A stretch of 25,367 nucleotides of DNA from a virus (Duplodnaviria > Caudoviricetes). The stretch spans positions 1 to 25,367 of IMG/VR virus record IMGVR_UViG_3300037042_002159; one strand, given 5' to 3'. Under the pieces are notes generated by a model that did no database searches, was not told the origin of the DNA, and saw only the letters and a list, made by a program, of their open reading frames with translations. Positions 22,489 through 25,367 of the stretch are shown piece after piece; position 1 is the stretch's first letter; the number at the start of each line of letters is the position of its first letter. Both the position numbers and the translations under genes were made by a program.

Positions 22489-25367
22489 TGACATTTTTGT
22501 AGAGAAAAATTTTGATAACATTTTTATTGTTAATCCTAATCGTGTATTAAACCAATATGGTAATCCTGAAGACAGATATGTCAAACATGAAGAATTAATA
22601 TATTATGTTAATTTAGAATGTGACCTTAAACCAAGAAGTAGATTAGTTAGTGGTGATGAGAAAGGTACAACTCTAACACAAATTGCAATAGGTAAAGTTA
22701 ATTTTTTAAAACCTAATGACCAAGATTATTTAACAACTAATTGGACTAAATTACAAAGTGATGTTAGCGACCCAAATATTATTAATGGTGAACTTTTAGG
22801 TTTAAAAAGCGTTACTTATAAAATTAACTCGTCATTTATCCCAACGATAACTGTAACTCTTGAAGACTCAAAAGGTCGAGCTTTAATGGAAAGTGGGGAT
22901 AATTCAATTTACGCGGCATTTCTTAGTTTACCATATCCTGTTTTTTACTTAACACTAAAAGGGTATTATGGTAAAGCAATTAGATATCCGATTATTTTAC
23001 AAAAATTTAATTCATCATTTAACTCATCATCTGGTAATTTTGAAATTACTCTTAATTTCATTGCATATCAGTTTAATGTATTAACTGATATTACAATGGG
23101 GTCTTTGTTGGCGACACCACAAATGTATATTAAACGAGTAAGTGATGGAGCGTCAGTTAATTCATCAAACAATACAAACGCTTCTTTATCACAAATATCT
23201 CCGCAAACACAAAATGTAAGTCAAGTTATTGAACAAAAGGGTTTAAAAAAAATAAAAGAAGTTTATGCGAAATATAAGGATAAAGGATTAATTGATAATA
23301 ATGTTCCTGAATTAACTATACAAGAGTTAATTACTAAATTGGATAATTTTATTAATTATAGTTTAGCTCAGTTTGGTCAACTTTCATTAGGACCTCTTAG
23401 TGATATTAAAGAATATAATAAAATAATTGAAGAATATCGAAAAAAAGTCTTAACAGGAAAAGGTACATCATGGTTTAATACTTATTTATCTGAAAAAAAA
23501 TTTTTTATCTATAATAATACTTCAGGTGAATTTAATAATGAAGATAACGAAGGATTAAAAATTTATACATATAACGGTAAAAAAAATAATGAATCTATTA
23601 TTGAAAATACTGATGACGTTAACAGTCAAAAATATACCGCAATTAGTAAACTTGAAAGTCTGATAAAAGAATATAATGAAAAACTATTAAGTAATCCGAC
23701 ATTTGGAACTAGTGGAAAGTATTTTATTCCTGTTAAAATTGATTTAAATAGTATTGGTATAACCATTAATAATGGTAGTGTTGATTTTGCTAAAACATAC
23801 GAATTAAGACCTGATAATAATAAGGGTAAAGCTAACCAAGTTCAAATATCGGAAACTGAAACCGAATTCAATACCGTTAATAACATTAATAATGAATTAA
23901 ATGATGATAATGGTGAGACAACTCCAAAAGAAATTTTAAAATATTGGTTTTTTAATTTTGATGGTGTAAATAGATTTAATGAACAACTAAATCAAATACA
24001 AGAGGTTTTACAGAAAAAAACCCAAGATGTTGAAAACGAATTAACTAATGAGTTAACAAAATTTATATCAGATGCTTCAGGATTAGGATTTGTACCAAGT
24101 CTTAAAAATATAATGGGTGTTATATTAGCATCGGCAGAAGCATTTTTATTATTACTTAATGATGTTCATGTATCTGCTAATGACGTAAGAAATAATAAAA
24201 AAAGAAAAAATGCGGTTAAAGATGTTGATGTTAAAAATCCTAATGATACTAACTCTCCAGTATATCCGTGGCCATTATATGTGGTTGATAAAAGTATAAA
24301 TTGTGAACAAAAATTCCAAATAACATATCCAGGTGACCCATCAGTTATATCAAAAACAAAGGCATATGACTATGTCATTTGGCCTGAGGTTGAATTTGTT
24401 GAAGAATTTTTAAAAGGATATACCCAAAGAAAAACACCACCTGCACCTGAAAGTAATTTAGAAAAAACTAATGAAGTGTTAAGAGTTATGGTTTCAGGAT
24501 TTGATACCATACCAACTAATACACCTTATTCTAATTTGGAAACTGTTGATTACTTTTTTGAGGTGTATGAAAGGATTAGTTCTATTGTTGAATATAATGG
24601 ATTTTTAAGAAAAAGGTTAAGTGAACCAAAATACAATGGTAATTTAATTCAATTCTTATATGAATCTGAGGGTACTAATATATTAAATTCTATTTTAAAT
24701 TTATCACCTGACTTACAATTAATATTTAGTGATAATGGACCTGATTTTACTGTTGAAACTTATATACAAAACCTTTTAGCCATTACTAATTCCGGTCAAA
24801 ATACTTATTATGACAATTTACAAAAGGGGGTTTTTAATACTCAATATTTAAAAGAAAAAATTATAGAATCACCTAACGCTGTGTTACAATCTGATTTACC
24901 ATCAATTCAAATAACATTAAAAGGTGATAAATCCTTTGAAAATTATATTGGGAGTAGTGTTCATAATATTCGAACAGACTATGATTTGATGCCGTTTACA
25001 AGTGAAAAATGGAGAAGACAAAATTTACCAAATGGTAAAAATAAATTTTCATTTGATAATGATTTTAATAAAACAAGTAATTCATTATTTTATAATACAT
25101 ATACTAAAAAAATATCAAATTATAAAACACCTCTTGGGAATAGAAGTAATAATGATAAGGATATTATAAAACCGTTTACCGACTTTAAAATTTTAAACAA
25201 CAAAATTGAAAATCCTGTTACTTTAAATGATTTTTATACAAATCGTAAAGAATTTATACTAACTGAAGGTAATATATACTACAGTAGTGGAACTCAAACA
25301 ACCTCAATAATTAATACTCCGTATTTTATTAATGCCATTCAATTAGGTATTAATCGTGAAATAACAA
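22478..25367 (+). CDS. Large baseplate hub-like protein (gp27/gpD-like N-terminus), 3' partial, >963 aa; not in the ORF track
   Basis: ATG at 22478 overlaps the LysM gene end, and I read the frame open to the window end. MESNDIFVEKNFDNIFIVNPN...LLGLKSVTYKINSSFIPTITVTLEDSKGRAL...PYPVFYLTLKGYYG...FNSSSGNFEITLNFIAY resembles hub beta-barrels. The ORF is certain; the function is inferred. Confidence 0.7.
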   Translation, partial: MESNDIFVEKNFDNIFIVNPNRVLNQYGNPEDRYVKHEELIYYVNLECDLKPRSRLVSGDEKGTTLTQIAIGKVNFLKPNDQDYLTTNWTKLQSDVSDPNIINGELLGLKSVTYKINSSFIPTITVTLEDSKGRALMESGDNSIYAAFLSLPYPVFYLTLKGYYGKAIRYPIILQKFNSSFNSSSGNFEITLNFIAYQFNVLTDITMGSLLATPQMYIKRVSDGASVNSSNNTNASLSQISPQTQNVSQVIEQKGLKKIKEVYAKYKDKGLIDNNVPELTIQELITKLDNFINYSLAQFGQLSLGPLSDIKEYNKIIEEYRKKVLTGKGTSWFNTYLSEKKFFIYNNTSGEFNNEDNEGLKIYTYNGKKNNESIIENTDDVNSQKYTAISKLESLIKEYNEKLLSNPTFGTSGKYFIPVKIDLNSIGITINNGSVDFAKTYELRPDNNKGKANQVQISETETEFNTVNNINNELNDDNGETTPKEILKYWFFNFDGVNRFNEQLNQIQEVLQKKTQDVENELTNELTKFISDASGLGFVPSLKNIMGVILASAEAFLLLLNDVHVSANDVRNNKKRKNAVKDVDVKNPNDTNSPVYPWPLYVVDKSINCEQKFQITYPGDPSVISKTKAYDYVIWPEVEFVEEFLKGYTQRKTPPAPESNLEKTNEVLRVMVSGFDTIPTNTPYSNLETVDYFFEVYERISSIVEYNGFLRKRLSEPKYNGNLIQFLYESEGTNILNSILNLSPDLQLIFSDNGPDFTVETYIQNLLAITNSGQNTYYDNLQKGVFNTQYLKEKIIESPNAVLQSDLPSIQITLKGDKSFENYIGSSVHNIRTDYDLMPFTSEKWRRQNLPNGKNKFSFDNDFNKTSNSLFYNTYTKKISNYKTPLGNRSNNDKDIIKPFTDFKILNNKIENPVTLNDFYTNRKEFILTEGNIYYSSGTQTTSIINTPYFINAIQLGINREIT

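Noticed and set aside
1-25367. Stop-codon reassignment (alternative genetic code), as in some large phages
   Set aside because: No called gene ends in TAG, but all genes, up to 1605 aa, are intact under code 11 with no in-frame TAG or TGA, and TGA ends two genes. There is no positive evidence.
9572-25367. Bacterial extracellular contractile injection system, tailocin or T6SS instead of a phage
   Set aside because: Neck/head-joining genes, a phage-type PolB, SNF2 and per-gene late-promoter motifs point to a lytic phage. No AAA+ ATPase/Afp15 or Tss genes are seen.
1-25367. CRISPR arrays, tRNA/rRNA genes, IS elements, integrase/att sites
   Set aside because: Intergenic gaps are all about 120 nt or shorter and AT-rich. 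I saw no regularly spaced repeats, cloverleaf signatures, or transposase/integrase motifs.

Overview
This is an AT-rich, gene-dense segment of a large contractile-tailed (myovirus-type, distantly T4-like) dsDNA phage. It opens with a family B DNA polymerase, whose frame is already open at base 1. A minus-strand block follows, read right to left: SNF2 helicase, a superoxide dismutase fusion protein, a gp13-like neck protein and a small beta-rich protein. The plus-strand neck/tail/baseplate module then runs: gp14-like, gp15-like, a 1071-aa sheath, an inserted HAD phosphatase, tube, gp26-like tail/hub assembly chaperone, tape measure, a 1605-aa baseplate protein, a LysM/gp53-like protein and a >963-aa hub-like protein cut by the window end. 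Three coding regions are missing from the ORF track: a 49-aa ribbon-helix-helix gene (9302..9451, -), a +1-frame extension of the chaperone gene (to 15267) and the final large ORF (22478..>25367). The most notable signals are: (1) an intact-looking Mn-type SOD fused to a PD-(D/E)xK nuclease-like domain, with (I/L/F)xE clusters at both domain boundaries, suggesting a protease-processed polyprotein packaged in the head; (2) a TATTTAT late-promoter-like motif before most structural genes, 4-5 nt from the ATG in three genes (implying leaderless mRNAs) and exactly 35 nt in three others; (3) a candidate +1 ribosomal frameshift (UUU_UUU_CGC) in the chaperone; (4) an RHH regulator with a candidate operator, divergent from the sheath gene; (5) a degenerate OmpA-like domain inside the baseplate protein. 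All family assignments come from recognising motifs by eye; no database search was run.
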